IMG/VR virus record: IMGVR_UViG_3300005805_000352
Span: 1-28,258 of that record
Length of the DNA stretch: 28,258 nucleotides
Direction: 5' to 3' (one strand)
Origin: a virus
Lineage: Duplodnaviria; Caudoviricetes
The notes beneath the pieces were generated by a model. The model was not told where the DNA came from. It did not search any database and saw only the letters and a list, made by a program, of their open reading frames with translations. Numbering within the stretch: position 1 is the first letter of the stretch; each line of letters begins with the position of its first letter. This document shows positions 1 through 8,657 of the stretch, one piece after another. The position numbers and the translations under genes were made by a program.

Positions 1-591
1 GGTGCCACAGGTGCAACAGGTGCAACAGGTGATCCTGGTCCTCAAGGTGCCACAGGTGCAACGGGCTTAGGATATACTGCTGCAACTATTAGCAATGGCT
101 ATCTTCTAATAAGCCCCGTTTTTAACGACGGCACTATTGGAACTGCATTAACTCTTGGATATGTGATTGGTAATACGGGTGCAACTGGTCCTACGGGTCC
201 AATCGGGGACTATGTAAAGTCAATATCGGGTAGAACTGGAGATATAACCTTCTTTAACGGTCAGGGCATATCCTACATGGTTCAAGGAATCACCCATTGG
301 TTCCGAATCAACTATGCCTCTGCCGACTATCTCGGAAATACTCTCCCAAGTGTCACTTCGATTTCAAGTTCTGCCAAAGTGCTTGTACAAAACAAGCCAG
401 CAGACAACATGGTGCTGGTGACGGTCAATGATCTGTTAAATACCCCTGTCTTGAACCTCCCAACAGACATACCAGGCGATCTGACAGGATATCGGTTTGC
501 TTTCTTCGATACATCAGGAAATCACTATACATCTACGGTTGCAAATGTAACGGATCAACTGGTTGGTGAGATTGACGGGGGATCTTTCTAA
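1..591 (+). CDS. Collagen-like (G-X-Y) tail fibre/structural protein, 5'-truncated by the window edge
   Basis: Frame 1 is open from base 1 (GATGATGATGDPGPQGATGATG...) and joins the 163..591 ORF. It ends in EIDGGSF. Confidence 0.8.
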   Translation, partial: GATGATGATGDPGPQGATGATGLGYTAATISNGYLLISPVFNDGTIGTALTLGYVIGNTGATGPTGPIGDYVKSISGRTGDITFFNGQGISYMVQGITHWFRINYASADYLGNTLPSVTSISSSAKVLVQNKPADNMVLVTVNDLLNTPVLNLPTDIPGDLTGYRFAFFDTSGNHYTSTVANVTDQLVGEIDGGSF

Positions 592-593
592 GG

Positions 594-600
594 CTAAATA
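594..600 (+). promoter_or_regulatory. T4-type late promoter (CTAAATA)
   Basis: Intergenic CTAAATA followed by an AGGA SD and the ATG at 621. The same motif recurs in many intergenic gaps. Confidence 0.65.
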
Positions 601-620
601 TAGCATAGGAATCATACTAA

Positions 621-1073
621 ATGTCACAGAGTATCATCAGGATCAAGAGAGGGCTTTCTGGCGGCGTAGTGCCGACAGGGTTGCAACTTGGCGAACTTGC
701 TGTAAACATAGCAGATGAGATACTCTATGTCGGTGGTTCCTCGGGTGAGTCGATTGCCCTGAACTTTGCTGGCGATGGTACATCAGGTGGAATACAATCC
801 ATCAATGGCTGCTCGGGTGGAACTCTTGGTTATATCGGAATAACGGGAACTTCGGGTGAGGTTGAAGTCACCACGACATGCCCAAATATCATAATCGGAC
901 TTCCAGACAATGTCTTCATAACGGGAAACCTACAGGTGGGTGGCGACCTAGATATCATCGGTAGGCTACAGGTAGACGGATTGATAATCACAAAGACAGG
1001 ATTTCAAGGTTACACAGGAAATGCCGATCTAGAACCCATAGAGGGAGTGATTCTAGACGGAGGAGTATACTAA
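621..1073 (+). CDS. Tail fibre-associated protein with Mtd-N-like N-terminal domain
   Basis: N-terminus IRIKRG...VPTGLQLGELAVNIADEILYVG matches the phage fibre N-terminal (Mtd_N/hyaluronidase-N-like) pattern. C-terminus is ILDGGVY. Confidence 0.7.
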   Translation: MSQSIIRIKRGLSGGVVPTGLQLGELAVNIADEILYVGGSSGESIALNFAGDGTSGGIQSINGCSGGTLGYIGITGTSGEVEVTTTCPNIIIGLPDNVFITGNLQVGGDLDIIGRLQVDGLIITKTGFQGYTGNADLEPIEGVILDGGVY

Positions 1074-1074
1074 A

Positions 1075-3063
1075 ATGGCAATAATCAAGATCAAGCGAGG
1101 CACAACTGGACCATCTGGACTCACCGCAGGAGAGCCAGCATTCGATACGGCATTGGACAAGTTGTTTGTCCATGATGGTTCTGCGGCAGTATGGGTCGGT
1201 GCAGAGATTCTCAATGACTCTACTCTGTCTGCAAACTCTGCAACCAAGATACCAACTCAGCAAGCCGTCAAGACATATGTTGACAACAACCTTGCTGCGG
1301 GTGCAGTTACTTCCGTCGATGGTATCACTGGTGCGGTCGGTGTCGATGGTAGTTCCTTCATTGGTGTTAATACAGCAGGAAAGACACTTACGATCACCAA
1401 CCTCGGTGTTCAGACATTCAATGGCTCTACTGGTGCTGTCTCATTCGTCAACTATGTTGCATCGGCAGTTGCTGGCAATCAGATCACCGTCAGCAGTGCG
1501 ACTGGAAATGTCACAATAGGAGTCAATGCCAATCCTTCGTTCACCACACTGACCACCACAGGCACAGGATCCATCGGTGGAAACCTCACCGTCACTGGAA
1601 ACCTAACCGTCAACGGAACGACAACCACGGTCAACAGCGATGTGATGACCGTCGATGATCCGATGATCGTGATCGGTCTTTCGGGTGGTCTGCCTCTCAC
1701 CGTCTCAGACGGCAACAAGGATCGTGGTATTGCATTCACCTACTTCGATGGTTCAGCCGGAAGAACTGGTTTCTATGGATATGATGCAAGTGCCAATGAG
1801 TTCGTGTTCCAAAACAGAGCAACGATCTCAAGCGATGTCTCCACTGGTGTTTCCTATGCAAATGCCAGAATAGGTGGAACGCTTATTCTCAATACTTCGG
1901 CGGGAGTTGATAGCATCGTCGCAGGTGGTGGTGGTTATGCGTTTAGTCTGTCTAATAGTTACGCCGGAGAACTGGTTGCCGCTGGAACATATCCTTCCAC
2001 AGGCGGCTACATCCTCAAGTCGAATAACACTCTTGGAAGCCCATCACAACCAACCTGGATTGATCCATCAGCAACAGGATTCACGGCATTTGCTGCAACA
2101 AGGCTTGCAACCGCAAGGAACATCGCGCTCACGGGCAATGTCACAGCAACAGGTGTTGCATTTGATGGAACTGCCGGTATCACCCTGACCACCGTGATTC
2201 CTTCCTCGACAGTCACCAATGCAATGCTTGTCAACAGCGGATTTACGCTTGGCTCAACTGGCATAACGCTTGGTTCGACAACCACAAGCATCAGTGGTCT
2301 ATCTTCAGTTGCAGCGACTACATTTACTGGTGCATTGAGTGGAAATGCATCCACAGCCACTGCATTGCAGACTGCTCGGACATTCTCGCTCACAGGAAAT
2401 GTCACTGCATCTGGCATTACCTTCGACGGCACAGGAAATGTCGCTCTCAGCACGACGATTGGTGCTGGAGTTGTCACGAATGCAATGCTTGTCAACAGTG
2501 GATTCACTTTGGGAACCACAAATGTCACGCTTGGGTCAACAGGATTGACTCTTGCTGGTCTATCCTCGGTAAGTGCAACTACATTTACTGGTGCATTGAG
2601 TGGAAATGCATCGACTGCAACCGCTTTGCAGACCGCAAGAACATTCTCGCTTACGGGTAATGTCACTGCATCTGGTATAACCTTTGATGGCACGGGTAAC
2701 GTAGCACTAAGCACAACCATTGGCGCGGGAGTTGTTACCAATGCTATGCTTCAGAACAGTGGATTCACTCTAGGAACCACGAATATCACATTGGGTTCCA
2801 CGGGATTGACTCTTGCTGGTCTATCCTCGGTGAGTGCAACTACATTCACAGGTTCCTTGAGCGGAACGGCTACCACAGCAACAAATGTTGTGACAACGGA
2901 GCAGACAACGGGAACCATCTATCTTGTCGGAGCAACAGCGGCAAGTTCATCGATTGGTCTTCTCATCGATGCTACGGCAACCACGCCATTGTCCTACAAT
3001 ATTGCAACGGGAACTATAACTTGTGTTCAGATTGAAGCAATGATAGACGGTGGAAACTACTGA
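1075..3063 (+). CDS. Tail fibre protein (Mtd-N-like N-terminus, three 87-aa repeats)
   Basis: MAIIKIKRG...LTAGEPAFDTALDKLFV N-terminus and a GNLTVTGNLTVNGTTTTVNS...VDDPMIVIG fibre motif. G/T/S/A-rich, ending in MIDGGNY. Confidence 0.8.
   Translation: MAIIKIKRGTTGPSGLTAGEPAFDTALDKLFVHDGSAAVWVGAEILNDSTLSANSATKIPTQQAVKTYVDNNLAAGAVTSVDGITGAVGVDGSSFIGVNTAGKTLTITNLGVQTFNGSTGAVSFVNYVASAVAGNQITVSSATGNVTIGVNANPSFTTLTTTGTGSIGGNLTVTGNLTVNGTTTTVNSDVMTVDDPMIVIGLSGGLPLTVSDGNKDRGIAFTYFDGSAGRTGFYGYDASANEFVFQNRATISSDVSTGVSYANARIGGTLILNTSAGVDSIVAGGGGYAFSLSNSYAGELVAAGTYPSTGGYILKSNNTLGSPSQPTWIDPSATGFTAFAATRLATARNIALTGNVTATGVAFDGTAGITLTTVIPSSTVTNAMLVNSGFTLGSTGITLGSTTTSISGLSSVAATTFTGALSGNASTATALQTARTFSLTGNVTASGITFDGTGNVALSTTIGAGVVTNAMLVNSGFTLGTTNVTLGSTGLTLAGLSSVSATTFTGALSGNASTATALQTARTFSLTGNVTASGITFDGTGNVALSTTIGAGVVTNAMLQNSGFTLGTTNITLGSTGLTLAGLSSVSATTFTGSLSGTATTATNVVTTEQTTGTIYLVGATAASSSIGLLIDATATTPLSYNIATGTITCVQIEAMIDGGNY
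2095..2877 (+). repeat. Three tandem 261-bp (87-aa) coding repeats
   Basis: ACATTTACTGGTGCATTGAGTGGAAATGCATC occurs at 2320 and 2581, with a diverged copy at 2842. Protein unit is ATALQTARTFSLTGNVTASGITFDGTGNVALSTT...TFTGALSGNAST. Confidence 0.9.
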
Positions 3064-3085
3064 TAGATAACAATGGAGGTATATC

Positions 3086-3580
3086 ATGAGTGAAGTGAAC
3101 TATTCGGAAAGCGTGATCATTCCAACCCTTCAGAAGAAGGTACAGGAACTACAAAATTCAAATCTTGTACTTGAGGTGAATCTTCTAGTCGAGCAAGCAA
3201 GGCACAGGGACGTTGCTGCTTTGTATTCAGAGGCAATGAACTCTCTATCGGAGACAAAGAACTCTCTGAAAGCATCAACCGAGCAACTTGATGGAGAGAT
3301 AAACAGAGCGACTTCGTTTGCCCATGAAACAAACAAGTTGAAGACGGAGATCGAAACCATGTCTGCAAGAACAACAACCCTTGAAAACGATCTTCGCAGG
3401 GAGATCAGCGTCAAGGAAAGCATTCTTGGAGAGTACAGGAGTCTCAAGGAAAGCCATGAGGCATTGGTGGCAGAGAACACCACATTGAAGGCTGAGATTG
3501 AGAAGTTGAAGAATCCTGTGGTGGAGACGAAGAAGAAGGCAAAGGCATCGATCATCCAAGAGACTCAAGTTCAAGCATAA
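3086..3580 (+). CDS. Coiled-coil protein in the tail fibre cluster
   Basis: GGAGG SD and a heptad-rich E/K/L sequence. Resembles the small coiled-coil ORFs that follow fibre genes in T4-like phages. Confidence 0.75.
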   Translation: MSEVNYSESVIIPTLQKKVQELQNSNLVLEVNLLVEQARHRDVAALYSEAMNSLSETKNSLKASTEQLDGEINRATSFAHETNKLKTEIETMSARTTTLENDLRREISVKESILGEYRSLKESHEALVAENTTLKAEIEKLKNPVVETKKKAKASIIQETQVQA

Positions 3581-3583
3581 TAC

Positions 3584-4885
3584 ATGGCAAAGATCAAGAT
3601 CAAGAACTCCGTTACGTCAGGCTCGGTTCCCGCCGGACTATCATTCGGTGAGGTGGCTGTCAACATTCCCGACAAGAAGATATTCGTCGGAAATGCAGTT
3701 GAGTCAACGATCACTCTGTATGATCCAAACAACCATGTGCTGTCCTTCAATGGAAGCACGGGTGCGGTTTCATTCGTCAACTATGTTGCATCTGTGAATG
3801 GAGTCACCGGTGCAGTCACCAATGTTGCACGGACGAATGAAGGCAATACATTCTCTGTTCGTCAGGTGATGAGTTCTGGTATAACATCGTCCAACCTTTA
3901 TGTCACATCGGGTGGTGCTACCTTTGACAGTCAGGTTTCCGTCTCGACCACAACCAATGGTATTGATGTTGTTGCAACAACGGATGGTGTGGGTCTAAGA
4001 GTGGCACAGGCTACATCAGGAAGCAGTTCAAGAGTTGGTGCAATAAGGTTAGGCAGAAGCACCACTGTTGGATCGAATGTCTATCTTGAAGGGTATGTCG
4101 GAACCTTCAGGGTATACAATGGAATAAGCGGAACGGTTTCCCCAACAGGCACCAAGATGCTTGAGTTGTCAACAACCAATGGTGCCATTTTCGACATTCC
4201 CATTGCGGGGGCGACATTCTCCTCCTCATTGGGAAGGATTACAGTACAGAAATCTGCATATGCCGGATCTGACAGCGGAACCGTGCGAATAGTTGGTGCT
4301 GATGCTCTAGCCACCTTATACAACTCAGATATTAGGGCAAATGCATCAGCCGCTGCCGATACAACCCATACTCTTCCCGCTGTAACGGGAACGCTGCTGA
4401 ACACGGCAAGTTCCTATGTTGTCTCTGTCAATGGTTCAACAGGTGCAGTAACCAATGTTGCAAGGACGAACGAAGGAAATACCTTCAGTGTTCGTCAGGT
4501 ATTGAATGCTGGTCTTACTGCGGCAAACCTTTATGTCTCCTCTGGCGCTACATTCGGCTCGGCAGTAGTATCGGATGGTGGCTTCCGCATCACATCAAGT
4601 GCCATCAATGCACAGACGGACTCCTACAGTCTACAGGAATCGGACAATGGAAAGATCGTCACCGTCGATGCGGGAACTGTCAAGACAATCACGGTTCCCT
4701 CTGGTCTTTCGGTTGGATTCAACTGCACTGTGATTCGCGTTGGTTCGGGAAGAGTGACCTTCACTGCATCGGGAACCACGATAAATAGCGTCGATGGTTT
4801 GACTGAGATAGCGAGCCAGCATGGTGCTGCATCATTGCTGTGCTATTCAAGCAATACATTCAACCTATCGGGTAATCTCGGATGA
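3584..4885 (+). CDS. Tail fibre protein (Mtd-N-like N-terminus; common phage fibre C-terminal domain)
   Basis: MAKIKIKNS...VPAGLSFGEVAVNIPDKKIFVG N-terminus and a duplicated SVNGxTGAVTNVARTNEGNTFSVRQV block. C-terminus is INAQTDSYSLQESDNGKIV...TFNLSGNLG. Confidence 0.75.
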   Translation: MAKIKIKNSVTSGSVPAGLSFGEVAVNIPDKKIFVGNAVESTITLYDPNNHVLSFNGSTGAVSFVNYVASVNGVTGAVTNVARTNEGNTFSVRQVMSSGITSSNLYVTSGGATFDSQVSVSTTTNGIDVVATTDGVGLRVAQATSGSSSRVGAIRLGRSTTVGSNVYLEGYVGTFRVYNGISGTVSPTGTKMLELSTTNGAIFDIPIAGATFSSSLGRITVQKSAYAGSDSGTVRIVGADALATLYNSDIRANASAAADTTHTLPAVTGTLLNTASSYVVSVNGSTGAVTNVARTNEGNTFSVRQVLNAGLTAANLYVSSGATFGSAVVSDGGFRITSSAINAQTDSYSLQESDNGKIVTVDAGTVKTITVPSGLSVGFNCTVIRVGSGRVTFTASGTTINSVDGLTEIASQHGAASLLCYSSNTFNLSGNLG

Positions 4886-5064
4886 TCATACCATCATACA
4901 AGGCTGCTATCTATGCATCGATGCCAACTGGTGTGACACCAGGAGTGGATAAGTCATCTGTGTATCTGTTTAGGATATTCTGGGACACCGAGGTTATTTT
5001 GAATAGGTTCGATACTGTGTCAACCACCACAGAGACGACCGCGAGAGGATGGTTCTTCAGATGA
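4882..5064 (+). CDS. Small hypothetical protein
   Basis: ATGA overlaps at both ends (4882 and 5061), suggesting translational coupling. Confidence 0.55.
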   Translation: MIIPSYKAAIYASMPTGVTPGVDKSSVYLFRIFWDTEVILNRFDTVSTTTETTARGWFFR

Positions 5065-7973
5065 GAAAAAACAGGGCAAACAACGGATACATCGGCAAGG
5101 ACAATATTACAAGCGAATTCAATGGAACAATTTCACCGTTGAATGTTTATACAAATGCAACGGATAGTGTTGTGAGCATACCAACATATTCTTTTTCAGA
5201 CCCCATTCACGGTGGCGGTACTGGAGCCACTGCCTCTGTTGTTTTAGGAACCGGTACACTTGTTGCCGCATTGAATGGTGGTCCATCTGGCGGAATTGCA
5301 TATGTTAGCACCTTGATTCATTTTGATATAACAGGTAATGGTCCCACAGCATATGGAGATGCGGTTTCTTCATCCGGATTACTGACAAACATAAATCTGT
5401 GGAAGAAACTTGATAGTGTGGTTGTGTCTAGAATCGGTACAGCCTATTCATCAGCACCAACCATAACAATAGGCGGGAATGCAGTTGGTAATGCAACTTG
5501 CACGGGTAGCATCTCGGGAAATACCTTGACTGTTACAGCATCCAGTTCGGGAGTTCTTTATCCCGAGGCTATGATAACTGGTACGGGCATAACCACAGGC
5601 ACCATCATTGTTAGTCGTGGAACAGGTAGGGGTGCAACTGGAACATATGTTGTAAACAAAAGTCAAACTGTTGCTTCTACAACCATCACTGTTTCGGGTA
5701 ATGCAACAGCGGTGCCAATACTCAGTAATGGAACAAATGGGTTTTTGACTGGAATAAGTCTGACATATGCTGGAACTAGGTACTATACCACCCCATCAGT
5801 TACCATAACTGGAACAACGCCTTATCCTGCATCGGCGTATGCTGTGTTGAACACCATTAGTGGATATACAGGTAGCCCAACAATCACGCAGATCAATCCA
5901 ATAAGCGGGTCGGGTTCGACTGCTGCTGGTGCAACCTTCACGGCATTGATTTCGTATCCATTTACGGGAGTTACCATTGCAAGTGGAGGAACAAACTACA
6001 CCGCGGCACCAACAGTGCTTATAGAGAATGCTGAAAAAAGCATTACTGCAACTTCTGGTGTATCTGGTGGATCCATAGATTCAATATCCACCACAACTGC
6101 TACACCAATCCCCTCATTCATATATGCTCCACAAGTGGAGATTGGTGGATGGCGTCAAATGCCAACAGTTTCCGAGGGAGAAGATAAGTTTGTTGGTACT
6201 TATGCCGTGTACAACGACAATAACAATTGTGTTGCTTTTGTATGCAGTGGAACATATGATGTCGATTGGGGTGATGGAACTACTGGAACATTTAATAGCG
6301 GCGCAACCGCACAGAAACAATACACAACTGCAACCTATGCAGGAATAACTCAAGAACCATTTCAAAACTACAAAACCGTAAACATTGTCATAACTCCTGT
6401 TTCTGGTGCCAGGCTTACAAGTTTGAACTTTAATGTCAGACATACAAACTTTTCTAGTAGTTCAACCATTAGTCAGTGGCTTGCGATGAAAATGGCTGGT
6501 AGTTCCTTGGGAACCGTTACGATAAGTGCCATCACTAGACAGGTAAATCACAGACTGCTGGAACAAGTTGAGTTTGTTGGATCAACCAATATATCTTCAT
6601 TTTCTTATATGTTCATAAGTTGTACTGGTTTTAAACGATTGAAGGGATCTGAGTTCACTAAAAATGCTACAAGCATGATTGGTATGTTCTCTGGATGTAA
6701 TGCATTGCAGGAGGTGCCATCCTATCTAAACACCAGCAATGTGACCAACATGAACACACTTTTCAGTAGTTGTTACAGCCTCATTACCGCACCAGTAATG
6801 GATACCTCAAAAGTAACAGACATTGGAGGTATGTTCAATTCTTGCACTTCGCTGATATATGTTCCTGATTATGACACCAGTAGCCTTACGACCATGTCTA
6901 CAACATTCTATGAATGTCATTCTCTGGTCAGAGTTCCTAACTTTAATACTTCTACGGTTACTACCATCTCTAATGCATTTTACAATTGCTATGCATTGGA
7001 GGATATTCCGTGCTTAGATTTGGCTAACTGCACAAATATGAACAGTTCATTTTTCGGGTGTGTCTCCCTTAAAAAGATAGCCGTAGTCAATACGGAGCGA
7101 GTCACGGATCTGGCATCTGCTTTTCAGAGTTGCTCTTCCTTGAAGTCGATAGAAGGTCTAAAGACAGATAGTGCGACTACTATGGCAGCCACTTTTCAGA
7201 GTTGTCGATCATTGAAAACTGTTCCAAGATTGAATACTTCGCGAGTAACCACTTTTTCCACTACCTTTCAAGATTCTGGTCTGCTCGAATATCCTGAAGG
7301 GATAGATTATTCTTCTGCCACCACCACTGCTAATATGTTCCGAGGAACCAAAATACAAAAAGTTCCTGACCTCTATATGCCACTTGTGACAACTGTGAAT
7401 AGTATGTTCGCTGACTGTCGTCAACTGAGGAGTGTTGGAACTCTATTTACTCCAAGATGTATTACCTTTCAACAACTTTTTGGTACTTGTTATGCACTTG
7501 AATATGTCCCACAAATACAAACATCAAACTTTAGCGTGAGTGCATCATCATTCGCAAATATGTTTGATAATTGCCTAACCCTTAAAAACATTCCTGTATT
7601 CTCTATTAACCTAAGTCCATTTAATGTAAGCACCAATTACTCTGCTATGTTTTCTGCTTGCTATTATCTTGATACCATACCCGAATTAGACTTCTTTGGT
7701 TCGACGGGATCAACCAATCTTTCTAGTTTGTCTGTTGTTTTCAATGCTCCGCATAATTTGCGAAGAATTAAAGCAACAGGATTTGCTCAGAGTTTCTCCT
7801 TGCCAAATCCAAACATGATGGGTATATCTGCCCTCAACGAACTTTACACCAACCTTGCCACTGTTGGAGCAAGTGGTGCTAATGCCAAGACAATCACAGT
7901 GACAGGAAGCCCTGGAGTAACAGGAGATGATACATCAATAGCAATCTCAAAGGGATGGGCAGTAACAGGATAA
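5061..7973 (+). CDS. Large virion/adhesin protein: T/G/S-rich fibre N-half plus DUF285/BspA-like repeat solenoid C-half
   Basis: Probable start is the ATG at 5061 (ATGA overlap); the ORF track starts it at 5049. It has GxxYTxAPTVTI-type modules, a DVDWGDG motif, then many ~23-aa repeats of the form dTSxVTxmxxMFxxCxSLxxvP. Confidence 0.8.
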   Translation: MRKNRANNGYIGKDNITSEFNGTISPLNVYTNATDSVVSIPTYSFSDPIHGGGTGATASVVLGTGTLVAALNGGPSGGIAYVSTLIHFDITGNGPTAYGDAVSSSGLLTNINLWKKLDSVVVSRIGTAYSSAPTITIGGNAVGNATCTGSISGNTLTVTASSSGVLYPEAMITGTGITTGTIIVSRGTGRGATGTYVVNKSQTVASTTITVSGNATAVPILSNGTNGFLTGISLTYAGTRYYTTPSVTITGTTPYPASAYAVLNTISGYTGSPTITQINPISGSGSTAAGATFTALISYPFTGVTIASGGTNYTAAPTVLIENAEKSITATSGVSGGSIDSISTTTATPIPSFIYAPQVEIGGWRQMPTVSEGEDKFVGTYAVYNDNNNCVAFVCSGTYDVDWGDGTTGTFNSGATAQKQYTTATYAGITQEPFQNYKTVNIVITPVSGARLTSLNFNVRHTNFSSSSTISQWLAMKMAGSSLGTVTISAITRQVNHRLLEQVEFVGSTNISSFSYMFISCTGFKRLKGSEFTKNATSMIGMFSGCNALQEVPSYLNTSNVTNMNTLFSSCYSLITAPVMDTSKVTDIGGMFNSCTSLIYVPDYDTSSLTTMSTTFYECHSLVRVPNFNTSTVTTISNAFYNCYALEDIPCLDLANCTNMNSSFFGCVSLKKIAVVNTERVTDLASAFQSCSSLKSIEGLKTDSATTMAATFQSCRSLKTVPRLNTSRVTTFSTTFQDSGLLEYPEGIDYSSATTTANMFRGTKIQKVPDLYMPLVTTVNSMFADCRQLRSVGTLFTPRCITFQQLFGTCYALEYVPQIQTSNFSVSASSFANMFDNCLTLKNIPVFSINLSPFNVSTNYSAMFSACYYLDTIPELDFFGSTGSTNLSSLSVVFNAPHNLRRIKATGFAQSFSLPNPNMMGISALNELYTNLATVGASGANAKTITVTGSPGVTGDDTSIAISKGWAVTG

Positions 7974-7977
7974 TCAC

Positions 7978-8220
7978 ATGGATACATCAGGATTCTACAA
8001 GAACGAAGACGACTCTGGACTGATTCTTCATGGACACAACTTTGTCCTTGCGGGGTCATTTAGCCTCTATCGGGATCAGAAAGACACATATACATACCCA
8101 GTGGGAGGTTGGTATTGGTTTGACTCCACCGAGGATGCCTATGCATTCTGGAACATACCGATGCCCGAGATAAACCCACACTACCCAGCACCAGATCCGC
8201 CACAGGAACAGGAATCTTAA
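7978..8220 (+). CDS. Small aromatic-rich protein accompanying the repeat adhesin
   Basis: Tightly packed ORF containing GFYK...YTYPVGGWYWFDS. Confidence 0.7.
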   Translation: MDTSGFYKNEDDSGLILHGHNFVLAGSFSLYRDQKDTYTYPVGGWYWFDSTEDAYAFWNIPMPEINPHYPAPDPPQEQES

Positions 8221-8222
8221 TC

Positions 8223-8546
8223 ATGGCAGAGACATACAAGAGTTTTGGAACCAACCTTGGCTCGACAGCCGCCACCACCATCTACTCTGGTGTCGCTGGC
8301 ACCGCAATCGTAAATTCCATAAATTGCAGCAACATCGATCTCTATAGAAATACATCTCTCACCCTTGAGATGGTCAAAGGTTCTACTGGATATTCCATCA
8401 TTACTGCTGCTGCATTGCCGATAGCAACATCGTTTCAGGCACTTGATGCCCCTCTGGTTCTTGAGTCGGGAAATACTCTCAGGGCAACCGCAGGAACCAC
8501 AGGCGACATAGACGTAATCGTTTCTGTGCTTGAAATCACTGCTTAA
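8223..8546 (+). CDS. Small beta-rich virion structural protein (T4-like phage type)
   Basis: MAETYKSFG...TIYSG...PLVLESGNTLRATA...DVIVSVLEIT follows the pattern of small fibre/capsid-associated proteins of cyanomyophage-like phages. Confidence 0.65.
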   Translation: MAETYKSFGTNLGSTAATTIYSGVAGTAIVNSINCSNIDLYRNTSLTLEMVKGSTGYSIITAAALPIATSFQALDAPLVLESGNTLRATAGTTGDIDVIVSVLEITA

Positions 8547-8575
8547 ACAATCAGTAGAACAATCTTTGAGTCCGC

Positions 8576-8603
8576 TTGAATCCATCAAGATTCGGTGTAC
8601 GAT
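8576..8603 (+). promoter_or_regulatory. Sigma70-like promoter for nrdJ
   Basis: TTGAAT-N16-TACGAT. Confidence 0.45.
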
Positions 8604-8618
8604 ATCCATCTCTCATCG

Positions 8619-8625
8619 CTAAATA
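8619..8625 (+). promoter_or_regulatory. Late promoter (CTAAATA) upstream of nrdJ
   Basis: Intergenic motif upstream of the AAGGAG SD at 8641. Confidence 0.55.
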
Positions 8626-8657
8626 GACAGCACATCGAACAAGGAGTACAGTTTCAC

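Noticed and set aside
2007-2741. 244-aa antisense ORF, and similar shadow ORFs elsewhere (e.g. 3130-3555, 12938-13321, 21657-21923, 27586-28029)
   Set aside because: These are antisense or alternate-frame shadows of well-supported genes, explained by codon bias and lacking independent signals.
621-4885. Diversity-generating retroelement, suggested by the Mtd-N-like domains
   Set aside because: There is no reverse transcriptase and no TR/VR pair with adenine-specific mismatches in the window. The repeats seen differ mostly at synonymous positions.
8547-8657. Cobalamin riboswitch upstream of nrdJ, and the longer ORF start at 8595
   Set aside because: The region is too short and has no B12-box. 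The SD and conserved N-terminus support a start at 8658.
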